In this document: in pieces, positions 1 to 10,052 of the stretch
How the letters are laid out: each line of letters starts with the position of its first letter
How positions within the stretch are numbered: position 1 is the first letter of the stretch
DNA from: an uncultured virus (IMG/VR IMGVR_UViG_3300028564_000919)
Taxonomy: Duplodnaviria > Heunggongvirae > Uroviricota > Caudoviricetes
DNA length: 64,000 nt
Virus record (IMG/VR): IMGVR_UViG_3300028564_000919
Direction: 5' to 3' (one strand)
Translations under genes and position numbers: made by a program
Notes under the pieces: model-generated
Databases searched by the model: none
What the model saw: only the letters and a program-made list of their open reading frames with translations
Told to the model about the DNA's origin: nothing

Positions 1-3000
1 GATGAAGCTTTTTACAATTGCACAAGTTTAACAAGTATAGAAATTCCGGATAGTGTTAGAAGCATAGGTAATTATGCATTTGGGAGGTGCGCTAGTTTAA
101 CAAGAATAACAATACCAGATAGTGTTACAAGTATAGGTAGTAATGCATTTTACAATTGCCATAGGTTAACAATTTACGCTGAAGCAGAAAGTAAACCCGA
201 AGGGTGGCATCAAGGGTGGAATACTGGTAATAGGCCTATTATTTGGAATTATAAAGAAAACTCAAATAAAAAGATTACAGAAAACACATTAATGGAAACT
301 TTACTAGAGGTTTTAAATGAAGCAAAAGAAGATCAACAAAGACTAGTAAATTTTGCAGGAAATTCTTTAGCTAAAAGATTTTTTGATCTTAAAAATAAAA
401 ATAGACTAAAATCACCTGAAAATGATATTTATTACTGGTTGAAAAAAACCCCATTAGAATTAGAAACAAGAGTTACGGAAATTGAAAACACATTGTCCAG
501 AACACAAGAACGAAAAATATCAAAATTGGATGGTGCAGAGTTAGTTGCAAAGAATAGTGATTGGGAAGTATATAGGATTGATACACACAATGCATCTTGT
601 TTTTACGGAAAAGGCACAAAATGGTGTACTGCAGGAAGAGATTCAACCGATTTTGATAGCTACAAAGAACAAGGTATTATTCTATATTATATTATTTCTG
701 ATAATAAAAAGTATGCTATTGCATTATACCCGAAAATTGTAGATGCGCTTCAAGGGCATGGAATTAAAGCTAATTTTGAATTATTTGATGAAGAGGATAA
801 TGCAATTAAAGATAATGAAAAATTAGAAAAAATTTTAAATAAATTTCCCAAAATACCTAATGTTGAATTAATCTTTGAATTTTTACCAGCTGAAATAAAG
901 GACAATGTTTTAATTAGAGTTTATCCTCATAGCAGCGGTGAGTTTATAATACCAGATAGTGTTACAAGTATAGGTAATTATGCATTTTACAATTGCACAA
1001 GTTTAACAAGTATAACAATACCATTAAGTGTTACAAGTATAGGTAATTATGCATTTGGGGGGTGCGCCAGTTTAACAAGAATAACAATACCAGATAGTGT
1101 TACAAGTATAGGTAATTGTGCATTTGGGAGTTGCGCTAGTTTAACAAGTATAACAATACCATTAAGTGTTACAAGTATAGGTGATTTTGCATTTCACAAT
1201 TGCACCAGTTTAACAAGAATAACAATACCAGATAGTGTTACAAGTATAGGTAATTATGCATTTGGGAGGTGCGCTAGTTTAACAAGAATAACAATACCAT
1301 CAAGTGTTACAAGTATAGGTGATGGTGCATTTTTCAATTGCCGTAGGTTAACAAGTATAATAATACCATCAAGTGTTATAAGTATAGGTGATGAAGCTTT
1401 TAATGTTTGTAGTAGTTTAACAAGTATAACAATACCAGATAGTGTTACAAGTATAGGTAGTAATGCATTTTTCAATTGCCATAGGTTAACAATTTACGCT
1501 GAAGCAGAAAGTAAACCCGAAGGGTGGCATCAAGGGTGGAATCCTGGTAATAGGCCTATTATTTGGAATTATAAAGAAAACTCAAGTAAAAGGATTACAG
1601 AAAACACATTAATGGAAACTTTACTAGAGGTTTTAAATGAAGCAAAAGAAGAAGTTCTAGTAGAAGAGCAACAAAAAGAAACACAGTTGGAAAAGAAATA
1701 TGAAATTACAACAGAAGCTTTTACAAATATATTGGGAGTAACAGTATATAGAATAAAATCATTAAAGAATTTTGCTGGTATTCAAAAAGGTGAGCTTGGT
1801 GGATATATAGAATCAGAGGATAACTTAAGTCATTCAGGTAATTGTTGGGTAAAAGATAATGCAATGGTATACTCAGGAGGAAGAGTAGAGCAAAATGCTT
1901 TAGTTTCCGGAATCTCTGAAGTTTATAATAACGCACTAGTAACAGGGCAAGCAAAAGTAGATGGTAATTGTTATATTTATGATAATGTTAAAGTAGGAAC
2001 TGATTCTACTAAAGACTGCACAATAACCGGTGGAGTAAATGTATATGGTGGCTCTGAGGTTAAATCTGGATTATTAACCGGGAGCGCATTAGTATATAAT
2101 AACTCAATTATTTATGATAAAGCACAAATAAAAGATTATGCTATAGTAAGTAACTCAAAGGTAGGTGGAGAGACTATAATATATCATAATGCTAAAGTAA
2201 CTGATGTAGATGCAAATGGTTTTATAGATATAGCAGGGAACTCAATACTAGAAGGACCAATTAGTATAAAGGGTAAAGTTCAAATATATGGAACTTCAAG
2301 ATTAAAAGGTTCTGATGAAGGTATTACAATAGATGCAACTAAAGGTGAAATACATATTAAGGATAACGCGGAAGTTCAAGGAAGCCCTACAATTAAAGGT
2401 CATGTTATAATTGAAGGTAATGCAAAAGTATCTGATAAAGCATTTATAGGCACATCTATTTCTGATAACGGTAATTTAGAAGTAAAGGGAGCAATACTTA
2501 AGAGATTGCGAAACACTCAAGATTATATTACAATTGGGGGTTATGGGGGAGCAAATTATTTTGATGAAAACATAGTTATTACTAATAACGCAGTAGTTCA
2601 AGGACAAGCTTCAATTATTAGTGGTGGAGTAATTTACAATAAAAAGAAAAAGAAGAATAGAGAATATAAAGCTTCAGATATTGTAGTTAAAACACATGGT
2701 GCTAAAGTAGAAGGAAATGCAGTAGTAAAAGGGAATACTATAATAGGTCCAGGTGTTGTAGTAACTAATGATGCTATACTTGATGGTAATATCTATTTTG
2801 TTAATAGTGAGCTTGTAGATAAGACACCAACATATTCTGGTGTTGATAAAGTAATTGATTCTACATTAAGCGCTAATCAAGATACAATGAATACTAAAGT
2901 TAAAGAGGATGAAGAGCCCATTATAACAAGTGAAGAACTTAGTAAGAATGAGAACTTACAATTGATTAAAGAATTATATTTTGATAATGATAAATTAAAA

Positions 3001-3378
3001 GAATATTTACCAGAGGAAGAATATAAGGATTTACAAAAACTAATCATCCGAGATTTATATAATAAAGTAAAAATTGATATAAGGTTAATCCATGATACAC
3101 TAAAGATTTTGGAAACATCAATTTGGGGAATGGAGATTAATAAATTTTATAACGCTGATAACCCAGAACAATTAGACCAGTTAATAAAAGAATTTTATAA
3201 ATTAGCACCAAGTCTTATAATAAGATTAAATAAAGTAGCTGAAATAGCGAAAGCTGCTTTTGATAAATTAGACTCTAATAAAATTAGTAAACTAGATAAA
3301 GATAAAAAGATAGATTTATTCTTATATAATAGAACTCTAGTAGATATTATAAAATTAACTAAAGGACTAATAAATTAG
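1..3378 (+). CDS. Large mosaic protein, 5'-truncated by the window: BspA-type LRRs, a GTKWC-motif domain, a second BspA LRR block, then a hexapeptide left-handed beta-helix domain
   Basis: Frame 1 is open from base 1 and in frame with the 292 ORF. It has 23-aa repeats TSITIPDSVTSIGxxAFxxC with the C-cap EAESKPEGWHQGWNP, then YGKGTKWCTA, then KKYEIT...YRIKSL...GELGGYIESEDNLS followed by xNAxVx hexapeptide repeats. Confidence 0.85.
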   Translation, partial: DEAFYNCTSLTSIEIPDSVRSIGNYAFGRCASLTRITIPDSVTSIGSNAFYNCHRLTIYAEAESKPEGWHQGWNTGNRPIIWNYKENSNKKITENTLMETLLEVLNEAKEDQQRLVNFAGNSLAKRFFDLKNKNRLKSPENDIYYWLKKTPLELETRVTEIENTLSRTQERKISKLDGAELVAKNSDWEVYRIDTHNASCFYGKGTKWCTAGRDSTDFDSYKEQGIILYYIISDNKKYAIALYPKIVDALQGHGIKANFELFDEEDNAIKDNEKLEKILNKFPKIPNVELIFEFLPAEIKDNVLIRVYPHSSGEFIIPDSVTSIGNYAFYNCTSLTSITIPLSVTSIGNYAFGGCASLTRITIPDSVTSIGNCAFGSCASLTSITIPLSVTSIGDFAFHNCTSLTRITIPDSVTSIGNYAFGRCASLTRITIPSSVTSIGDGAFFNCRRLTSIIIPSSVISIGDEAFNVCSSLTSITIPDSVTSIGSNAFFNCHRLTIYAEAESKPEGWHQGWNPGNRPIIWNYKENSSKRITENTLMETLLEVLNEAKEEVLVEEQQKETQLEKKYEITTEAFTNILGVTVYRIKSLKNFAGIQKGELGGYIESEDNLSHSGNCWVKDNAMVYSGGRVEQNALVSGISEVYNNALVTGQAKVDGNCYIYDNVKVGTDSTKDCTITGGVNVYGGSEVKSGLLTGSALVYNNSIIYDKAQIKDYAIVSNSKVGGETIIYHNAKVTDVDANGFIDIAGNSILEGPISIKGKVQIYGTSRLKGSDEGITIDATKGEIHIKDNAEVQGSPTIKGHVIIEGNAKVSDKAFIGTSISDNGNLEVKGAILKRLRNTQDYITIGGYGGANYFDENIVITNNAVVQGQASIISGGVIYNKKKKKNREYKASDIVVKTHGAKVEGNAVVKGNTIIGPGVVVTNDAILDGNIYFVNSELVDKTPTYSGVDKVIDSTLSANQDTMNTKVKEDEEPIITSEELSKNENLQLIKELYFDNDKLKEYLPEEEYKDLQKLIIRDLYNKVKIDIRLIHDTLKILETSIWGMEINKFYNADNPEQLDQLIKEFYKLAPSLIIRLNKVAEIAKAAFDKLDSNKISKLDKDKKIDLFLYNRTLVDIIKLTKGLIN
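93..1652 (+). repeat. 240-bp direct repeat (93-332 and 1413-1652) plus tandem 69-bp LRR-coding repeats
   Basis: The offset is exactly 1320 bp, with 5 mismatches by direct comparison. Confidence 0.95.
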
Positions 3379-3404
3379 AAGTAGAGTAAGAATAGAAAGT
3401 AGTT

Positions 3405-3441
3405 TGAGTTCACTAGTTGTAATAAAAGTTTATGATATAAT
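3405..3441 (+). promoter_or_regulatory. Phage promoter motif, copy 1
   Basis: tgagttcact...tatgatataat, 37-nt span, upstream of an RBS and ATG. Confidence 0.8.
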
Positions 3442-3472
3442 AAAAACGTAAAATAAAGAAAAGGAGATAAAA

Positions 3473-3740
3473 ATGGCAGAAAAGAAATCATTAAATCAAA
3501 AGATGGAATATACCGAAGGTATGATAATTGCGTTAGAGCATTTAGCAAGTAGGGGGGCTTTCAGTATTTAGTATTAGTTGGAGCGAAAATGACACATTTA
3601 AGAGAGTTAGAGATGTAATGGTCGTTGAGAATATGTCTTTTGAGGTAGAGTGTCTTGATGGAAAGGGTTATACTAACTCTTTCTATATCACAGTAAACAT
3701 TCTTACAGGCGAAGAAGTAGAGTTTATAAGTAATTATTAA
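3473..3740 (+). pseudogene. Small gene frameshifted at a G6 run
   Basis: RBS aaggag plus ATG at 3473, stop at 3571. The +1 frame is open from 3558 to TAA at 3740. Removing one G from 3552-3557 gives about 88 aa. Confidence 0.45.
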
Positions 3741-3865
3741 AAGTAAAGATTTATTATTACGATATAGATACTGAAGAAGAAAGAGTAGAAGAAAGAGTAG
3801 AAGAAAGAGTAGAAGAAACCGAGATTTATTTATAAGTTTAAGTGAAAGGGGGAGTATATTTATAA

Positions 3866-4126
3866 GTGGTAGAAAAAGATTTAGTAGCCGAGTTTAGTAA
3901 GTTAGAGAAAGAAGTAGAGAGTTATAAGATTGAGAGTGCGAAGTTAGAGGCGAAGATTGAAACACTAACAAAAGACATCAAAGAAAAAGAAAGAAAAGTT
4001 CTAACTGAAACAGGAACAAAAGATGTAGAAGAGGCGAAAGCGTTAAGAGATAAGTTAGCGTTGCAATTAGACCAAATACAAGCGAAGATGAAAGTATTAT
4101 TAGAAAAAGCGAATAGAGGAGGGTAA
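3866..4126 (+). CDS. Small coiled-coil protein, paralog of 10485..10769
   Basis: Heptad pattern; VLTETGTKDVEEAKALRDKL matches LLDETGLKDIFEVAKLRDEL. Confidence 0.7.
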   Translation: MVEKDLVAEFSKLEKEVESYKIESAKLEAKIETLTKDIKEKERKVLTETGTKDVEEAKALRDKLALQLDQIQAKMKVLLEKANRGG

Positions 4127-4131
4127 ACAAA

Positions 4132-4560
4132 TTGGCAAAAGTAAAATTATACGATGTGAAAGTAGAAACACAAGAACAATTAGAACAGTTAGTGATTGAT
4201 ATTAAGAATGCACTTGCAGACCTATCACCTTCATTAGCATACGACTATTACTCAAAAGCATACGACTATTACACAAAAGATGATGTATTATCAGTAATAG
4301 ATGTTATTGATAATTATATTGAAGATGATTATGTTATTGAAACTTATGGTGGCGATTTATATAGTGCTATTATTGAAGCGATTTATGAATATAGTGATAA
4401 GTTTTATTATTATAGTGATGGCTTTGATTACTTAAAAGAACACAAGATTTATGATTTCAAAGATGCAGTAGCAAATGGTTATGCTAGAGATGTATGCACA
4501 ATAGCAACATATTATTATCAAGAAGGTTTATTAAATGCCTTTAATCAAGTAGTAGAATAA
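4132..4560 (+). CDS. Hypothetical acidic protein, C-terminus paralogous to 40135..40557
   Basis: RBS ggagg; AVANGYARDVCTIATYY versus AVRAGYIEVIDIATYY. Confidence 0.7.
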   Translation: MAKVKLYDVKVETQEQLEQLVIDIKNALADLSPSLAYDYYSKAYDYYTKDDVLSVIDVIDNYIEDDYVIETYGGDLYSAIIEAIYEYSDKFYYYSDGFDYLKEHKIYDFKDAVANGYARDVCTIATYYYQEGLLNAFNQVVE

Positions 4561-4573
4561 AAGGAGGAAAATA

Positions 4574-5110
4574 ATGGCAACAAGAAGTCTTATAGGAATA
4601 GAAACAAGTAAAGGCGTATATGATTTTGTATATTGCCATAACGATGGTTATTTAGAGTTTAATGGTGCTATACTTGTAAATCATTATAAAGATGCCGAAG
4701 TAATACAGGCGTTAATTTATAGTGGTGGTAATATGTCATCATTAAGTAAAGATGTAGAAAAATGTAAGTTTTATGGTGGTAAAGATGAGCAATACATTAC
4801 TCTTACCGAAGAAGAGTTAGATAGTGGGGAAACAGACTGGGTAGGAGTAGATTTTATATATGCTTATGGTTTTGATAACAAGTGGCGTTATCGCAAAGTA
4901 GGGGTAGAAGAGATAGAAGAACACGAGATGTATGTAGATGAGATTAAAGGGTATATGAGTTATTATGTATGGAGTGATACAAATGAAATTGCTTATGACT
5001 TTGACCCTGCAAGTGATGATATTTATAGAGAATATACAACTGATTGGAAAGAAGTCCCTGACTTTTTAGAAGACCCTTATAATCTTTACCCATCATTACA
5101 AAACGAATAA
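4574..5110 (+). CDS. Conserved phage hypothetical protein (MATRSxIG...YCHxDGY type)
   Basis: Strong RBS aaggagg; N-terminal motif common in phage accessory genes. Confidence 0.7.
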   Translation: MATRSLIGIETSKGVYDFVYCHNDGYLEFNGAILVNHYKDAEVIQALIYSGGNMSSLSKDVEKCKFYGGKDEQYITLTEEELDSGETDWVGVDFIYAYGFDNKWRYRKVGVEEIEEHEMYVDEIKGYMSYYVWSDTNEIAYDFDPASDDIYREYTTDWKEVPDFLEDPYNLYPSLQNE

Positions 5111-5111
5111 A

Positions 5112-5147
5112 AAACACTTGACAAGAGTGTTTAGTTTATGTTATAAT
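5112..5147 (+). promoter_or_regulatory. Canonical sigma70/sigmaA promoter with an inverted repeat over the -35
   Basis: TTGACA (5118), 18 nt, TATAAT (5142) with extended TG; aaacac...gtgttt flanks the -35. Confidence 0.8.
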
Positions 5148-5184
5148 CAAAAAAGAAAAGGGGAGTTATTAGTTTTTAGTTAAT

Positions 5185-5880
5185 ATGAATATTTATGAGT
5201 TATATGAGAAAGCAAATGTAGTAACTAAAGAAAATTATTTAGATGATAAGTATACATATTTAACATATAAAGGGTTAATAGATATGAGAACTATAGATTA
5301 TTCATTTATGATAAATAACCCCGATTCATCTTTAGTTGACTTAATTATCCAAGAGAAAGTAGTATACTTATTACCAAATATCTTTGAAGGTCAGATTATA
5401 GATATATATGTTCGTGGTAGGGAAACACAGAATAACCCAAAGACATTAAGGAATAAGAATTTATTATATGGTTTAAGTACTTTTAATAAAGACTTTAAGT
5501 ATGGGGACCCAATATTTCTAGTAGAGGGTATAGCAGACTATGGAGCACTTAAGTTTATAAAGAATGATTTAAATGTAATAGCTCTTAGGGGTGACTCCTT
5601 ATCAAAAGAAAATGCTAAGATTTTATCCACACTATCAAATAATATAATATTGATTCCAGATAATGATGATGGGGGTAAAATTAGTATAAAGAATATTAAA
5701 CCAAGACTTAGAAAATTAGGAATTGATTTGAAGATATTTAATAATTATGGTTCTTTTAAAGATACTGGTGATTTAATTGATTTAGTAATTAAAGTTGAAA
5801 ATGGTAAAGCTAATAATATTGAAGAAATAAAAACAATTGTTAGTTATTATGAGTCAGGAATAAAATTATATGGTAGTTAA
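5185..5880 (+). CDS. DNA primase catalytic TOPRIM portion, lacking the Zn-binding domain
   Basis: LYGL, IFLVEGIADY, LIPDNDDGG (DxD) and KDTGDL are DnaG-type motifs; no CHC2 N-terminus. Confidence 0.85.
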   Translation: MNIYELYEKANVVTKENYLDDKYTYLTYKGLIDMRTIDYSFMINNPDSSLVDLIIQEKVVYLLPNIFEGQIIDIYVRGRETQNNPKTLRNKNLLYGLSTFNKDFKYGDPIFLVEGIADYGALKFIKNDLNVIALRGDSLSKENAKILSTLSNNIILIPDNDDGGKISIKNIKPRLRKLGIDLKIFNNYGSFKDTGDLIDLVIKVENGKANNIEEIKTIVSYYESGIKLYGS

Positions 5881-7423
5881 AGATTATACAATACCCAATA
5901 AAAAAGGTTATGTATTGGATGAAGACCAGAATGAGATAGTAGAAAAGTTATTAGAGAATGATTGTTTCTTTAACTGTAGCCAAACTGGGATAGGGAAAAC
6001 TTTATCAACCTTAACAGCAGCTTTACATAAGAAGAAAGAGATACCAGAAGCACAGTTTGTTATTATAGTTCCCAATTCAGCTACTAAAGCATTTGTAGAT
6101 ACATTAGATAACATATTAGATGAGCCATATAGTTTATTAACAGCAAATCGTTTTGATGATAGAAAGAGTGTTACTTTCCATATATTTAATTATTCAACTT
6201 TATCAACGAATATAACAAATATAAATAAGAATGATATAAGAACTTTAAATAAATATATATCATTTTTATATGAATTAAGAAAAAGTAATGAAAATCTTTA
6301 TTTAATATTAGATGAAGCTCACGCTTTGCAATCACCAAAGACGAATCAATATAAAGTAATATACGCAATAAGAAGTTGGTTTAAAGGTATTTGGGCATTA
6401 ACAGCAACACCCATATTGAATGACTTAGATGGTTTATATTATATGACAAACCTAGTAATTCCAGGATATTTTAAGAGTATTTGGTCATTTAAAGGTAAGT
6501 ATCAAGTAATGCAAGAAAGAAAGCAATGGGTTCGTCAGAAGAATGGTAAAGCAAAACAAAAATCATTTTTAGAGGTTATAGGTTATAAGAATTTGGATTT
6601 ATTAAAAGAAGCATTTAATAAAATAAGTGTAATAAGAGCAAAAATATATGATATTGAGTTAATTTATAAATCAACTAAATTAGATGAAGGGAGTATAGAG
6701 TTTTATAGAAAAGCATCTAAAGGTTTATTTAGTGGAACTCAAGAAGAAAAACAAGAAAAGAAAGAAAAGAGTAAAAAGAAAGAAAAACGTCATTGGGGTG
6801 CAAGGCTTCATGATTTGCAAAGGGTAGTTTCTAATTCACATAAAGATTTTAAATGGATTAAGGATAAAGACCATTTGACAGAAAAGGAAATACTCTTATT
6901 ATATACTATATTAGAAGTTATAAAGAAGAATGAGGCAATGTTAATCTATTTCTCTTATTTAGAAACCGTTGAGAGAGTAAAAACATTATTGAATAAAGTA
7001 AGAGAGCCTTTAGGTTTAGGTAGTATATATGAGATAACAGGTAATATATCCCAAGTAGAAAGAAGAGAAGTAGAATCAGCCATAAGGCCTAAAGATATAG
7101 TTTTAATAACATCAGCAGGGACTGAGAGTATAAATTTACAGAAAGCTAATAATATAATCTTTTATGAAATCCCGTTTTCATTAAGGGAATTCGTTCAAGC
7201 ATGTGGTAGAATAACAAGAACTAATAGTAAATATGAAAAATTTTATGTTTATATATTAGAAGCTGAAGGAACAATAGATACATATAAAAAGAATAGAGTT
7301 TCAAAGAATGCATTACCACTTCAAATAGTAATAGGTGGAAGTGGGACATTACCGACAGAATTATTGGAGTTAAGTAATAGGGATATTCAAGATATGAAAG
7401 ACGAATATTTATGGTTAAAGTAG
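5870..7423 (+). CDS. SNF2-like SF2 helicase/ATPase
   Basis: QTGIGKT, LILDEAH, LTATPI, ESINLQ, QACGRITR. Confidence 0.9.
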   Translation: MVVKDYTIPNKKGYVLDEDQNEIVEKLLENDCFFNCSQTGIGKTLSTLTAALHKKKEIPEAQFVIIVPNSATKAFVDTLDNILDEPYSLLTANRFDDRKSVTFHIFNYSTLSTNITNINKNDIRTLNKYISFLYELRKSNENLYLILDEAHALQSPKTNQYKVIYAIRSWFKGIWALTATPILNDLDGLYYMTNLVIPGYFKSIWSFKGKYQVMQERKQWVRQKNGKAKQKSFLEVIGYKNLDLLKEAFNKISVIRAKIYDIELIYKSTKLDEGSIEFYRKASKGLFSGTQEEKQEKKEKSKKKEKRHWGARLHDLQRVVSNSHKDFKWIKDKDHLTEKEILLLYTILEVIKKNEAMLIYFSYLETVERVKTLLNKVREPLGLGSIYEITGNISQVERREVESAIRPKDIVLITSAGTESINLQKANNIIFYEIPFSLREFVQACGRITRTNSKYEKFYVYILEAEGTIDTYKKNRVSKNALPLQIVIGGSGTLPTELLELSNRDIQDMKDEYLWLK

Positions 7424-7425
7424 TT

Positions 7426-7462
7426 TGAGTTCGCTAGTTATATTAAAAGTTTATGATAGAAT
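7426..7462 (+). promoter_or_regulatory. Phage promoter motif, copy 2
   Basis: tgagttcgct...tatgatagaat. Confidence 0.75.
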
Positions 7463-7492
7463 ATAAACGTAAATAATTATAAGGGGGAAAAA

Positions 7493-8026
7493 ATGAAAGA
7501 AAAATTATTACAAGCTTGGGATAATTATTATAATTCACTAGACAAGAATTGGAAATATGCTTATAAAGATATTAGAAAAGTATTGGAAGATAATTTAGAT
7601 GAAGCTATTGAAGAGGCTGAACATTACGAAGAAAAACATTTTTTTAAGGTTGAATATATTGCTAATTACTTAGGTGAAATTATATCTGATTATTATTTTG
7701 AGAACAATTATAATTTAGCAAACATTTTAGCTTATTATTTCTTTAATTCAGGTGATTTAGAGCCTATTAAAGAACATATGGAAGTAGAAGTTTGGAAACA
7801 ACTATATGATTATGGTGAAGTTCATTTATATGACAAAATACCTGTTAAGTTTACATATGAAGAAGAAGAACTTATGGAAGAAATATTTTATAAGATTGAG
7901 TATTTTTCAAATTCATTCTTTTTAGAGTATTTTATTACTAATAATGTTGATAGTTTAATTGGTAGTACTTTAACTCTTGCAGATGGGTTCTATTTTTTAT
8001 TATCACGTGTGTTTAGAAGGGTATAA
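7493..8026 (+). CDS. Hypothetical acidic protein
   Basis: ORF with RBS, downstream of a promoter. Confidence 0.65.
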   Translation: MKEKLLQAWDNYYNSLDKNWKYAYKDIRKVLEDNLDEAIEEAEHYEEKHFFKVEYIANYLGEIISDYYFENNYNLANILAYYFFNSGDLEPIKEHMEVEVWKQLYDYGEVHLYDKIPVKFTYEEEELMEEIFYKIEYFSNSFFLEYFITNNVDSLIGSTLTLADGFYFLLSRVFRRV

Positions 8027-8031
8027 AATAA

Positions 8032-8418
8032 TTGAAGCCAAAAGTAAGGTATCGTTTATATAAGACTGATGAAAAGGTTTTAGAAGTTATAGAGATGGTA
8101 AGGGACTTTTTATTTGATATAGGTATTCAAACTAGCCAAGAAGAAGCATGGGCAATATTCGAAAAGATGAACCATATTCCTTATGAGTATTTAATTTCAA
8201 AGAATAAAGAAATAGAATATCAAGGTGAAGGAACCTATGTTTCTAATAAAGATTATCCAGACCAAGTATTGACAATTCAAGAAGTTGGTCGGTATGAACT
8301 TAAAGCAACTAAAAATAATAGGAGTAAATGTTATGTACCAAAGATTAAGTTTAAGCCAGCTAAGAATATTGAAGAGCAAATTAAGTCAGAAATAAAAGTT
8401 AAAGGGGAGTTTAAATAG
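8032..8418 (+). CDS. Possible HU/IHF-like DNA-binding protein
   Basis: LTIQEVGRYELK...PKIKFKPAKNIEEQI resembles the HU beta-arm and C-terminal helix. Confidence 0.4.
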   Translation: MKPKVRYRLYKTDEKVLEVIEMVRDFLFDIGIQTSQEEAWAIFEKMNHIPYEYLISKNKEIEYQGEGTYVSNKDYPDQVLTIQEVGRYELKATKNNRSKCYVPKIKFKPAKNIEEQIKSEIKVKGEFK

Positions 8419-8575
8419 AGGAATAATGAATTTTAAATATATAGCAAATTCAAAAGTTTTAAATGACCGTTGGTTAGAAGAAGTTAGCCAAGAATTAGAG
8501 AACATTATTAAAGAGGCTGAAGTAGATTTTGCTTCTGAATTAGATGAATAAGATAAAAGAAAGTAGAGTAAAGTA

Positions 8576-9541
8576 ATGTCAAAGATAGCATTTATAGGAG
8601 ACATGCATTTAGATAATCGGACTCCAGTTTCTAGATTAGATAACTATGAAGAAACTTCTTTGAGGAAGTTACAAACTTTAATAAATGAGTGTATTGCTAA
8701 CCAAACATATTATATAGTAACAACTAGTGATTTCTTTAATAGAAATGATATATCAATTTCATATTTGAATAAAGTTATAAATATCTTAAAAGAGGCTAGA
8801 AATAAACATGGAATAATTTTATATTCTGTAATAGGTAATCATGATTTACCTTATAATAATATGAAGTATTTTAGTTCTACGCCATTACACACTTTAGCTT
8901 CATTGAATTTGGTTTATCTTTTAGGTAATGATTTTGATGTTCTTTTTAGTGGAGTTCACATATATGGTATGTCTTATACTGAAAAAGGTAATTGGGAGCC
9001 AAAAAATTATGATGAGAACTGTTATAATATATTGGTTACTCATTATGCATTAACTAATAATTTTGGTGAGAAAGATTATTTGCCTATAGAAAGTTTAGGT
9101 AATAAGTTTAACCTTATAGTAGCAGGGCATGACCATACATTTTTTAGAGCTCAAGTAACTAAAGAAGAGAAACCAACTATTATCTTAAGACCTGGGGTTT
9201 TTATTAGAAGAACGAAGATAGCTAATGAAGAAATAACGGAGTTGACAGATGGTGTATTTAAGAAAGACAATATAGTTTATTATGTTGTAGACACAGAAAG
9301 TAATACAGTAGAACCAAAGTTATTAGGTGGTGTAGAACCATCAGAATTAGTATTTAAAGCGAGTTCTATAGAAGCACAGGATTTTAAGTTAGATAGTTAT
9401 TCAATGTTAGATGAAGTTTTTGAAAATGTTGAGTTCACAAGTAAGACATCGGATGAGTTACTAGATATATTATTAAACAATTTAGATATTGAAGAAGATA
9501 TAAAGCAAAGAATAAAGAAACACATTTTAGATAATAGGTGA
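8576..9541 (+). CDS. sbcD: SbcD/Mre11 (gp47-like) metallophosphoesterase nuclease
   Basis: GDMH, SDFF, GNHD, TH, GHDH, RPG motifs. Confidence 0.9.
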   Translation: MSKIAFIGDMHLDNRTPVSRLDNYEETSLRKLQTLINECIANQTYYIVTTSDFFNRNDISISYLNKVINILKEARNKHGIILYSVIGNHDLPYNNMKYFSSTPLHTLASLNLVYLLGNDFDVLFSGVHIYGMSYTEKGNWEPKNYDENCYNILVTHYALTNNFGEKDYLPIESLGNKFNLIVAGHDHTFFRAQVTKEEKPTIILRPGVFIRRTKIANEEITELTDGVFKKDNIVYYVVDTESNTVEPKLLGGVEPSELVFKASSIEAQDFKLDSYSMLDEVFENVEFTSKTSDELLDILLNNLDIEEDIKQRIKKHILDNR

Positions 9542-9638
9542 AGAGTGATATTATTAACCAATTGTTCATGATGTTTGAAGTATTGGATAGTCCTAGGTAT
9601 AAGATTATTTCTGAAGTAATTAGTAAGTAATAAAAGGG

Positions 9639-9695
9639 TATATAAAGAAGGGGACTATACAAAGTAGTTCCCCTTCTTTATATATATATATATAT
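9639..9695. other. Long hairpin followed by a (TA)n run
   Basis: tatataaagaaggggacta pairs with tagttccccttctttatata (one bulge). Confidence 0.75.
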
Positions 9696-9767
9696 AGGAG
9701 TGTAGTTTAATAGTAAAACAACAGTTTCCAAAACTGCAAGATAAGAGTTCAAACCTTTTCACTCCTG
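9696..9767 (+). tRNA. tRNA-Trp (CCA), degenerate
   Basis: Acceptor aggagtg/cactcct; anticodon loop ttCCAaa; T loop ttcaaac; D loop lacks GG; 3' tail reads TCA rather than CCA. Confidence 0.75.
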
Positions 9768-9799
9768 TCAAATAGTAATTATTGTAAACAATATATAGG

Positions 9800-9851
9800 A
9801 GTAGAGCAATGGTATACCTCCATACACTTTTTGTATTGCTATTGCTCTACT
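9800..9851 (+). other. 15-bp RNA-type hairpin
   Basis: agtagagcaatggta pairs with tgctattgctctact; both non-WC pairs are G-U. Confidence 0.6.
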
Positions 9852-9865
9852 TAGCTTTAATGTTT

Positions 9866-9964
9866 AAAAAAAGCTGTCAAATTTGACGTATAAGAGTTTT
9901 TAATTGATTCCCTAATCTAAATATATTGGTGAATAGTAAAAAAGCTTTAAAAGTTAAATTTGGA
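9866..9964 (+). repeat. Dispersed ~95-nt imperfect palindromic element, copy A
   Basis: aaaagctgtcaaatttgacgtataagagttttt...aaaaagctttaaaagttaaatttgg. Confidence 0.85.
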
Positions 9965-9983
9965 TAATATAAATAAATTAGTA

Positions 9984-10020
9984 TGAGTTCGCATAATCAT
10001 TTAAAATAATATGATATAAT
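9984..10020 (+). promoter_or_regulatory. Phage promoter motif, copy 3
   Basis: tgagttcgca...tatgatataat. Confidence 0.8.
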
Positions 10021-10052
10021 ATAAGTGAAGTTTAAGTAGGAGGTAAGTGTAG

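Noticed and set aside
950..1480. CRISPR-like or non-coding repeat array
   Set aside because: These are 69-bp in-frame BspA LRR codon repeats.
3773..3818. Short tandem repeats (agaagaaagagt here; similar 11-24 bp duplications at ~10800, 19692, 26612, 41318)
   Set aside because: Simple slippage-type duplications in AT/purine-rich sequence, with no evident function.
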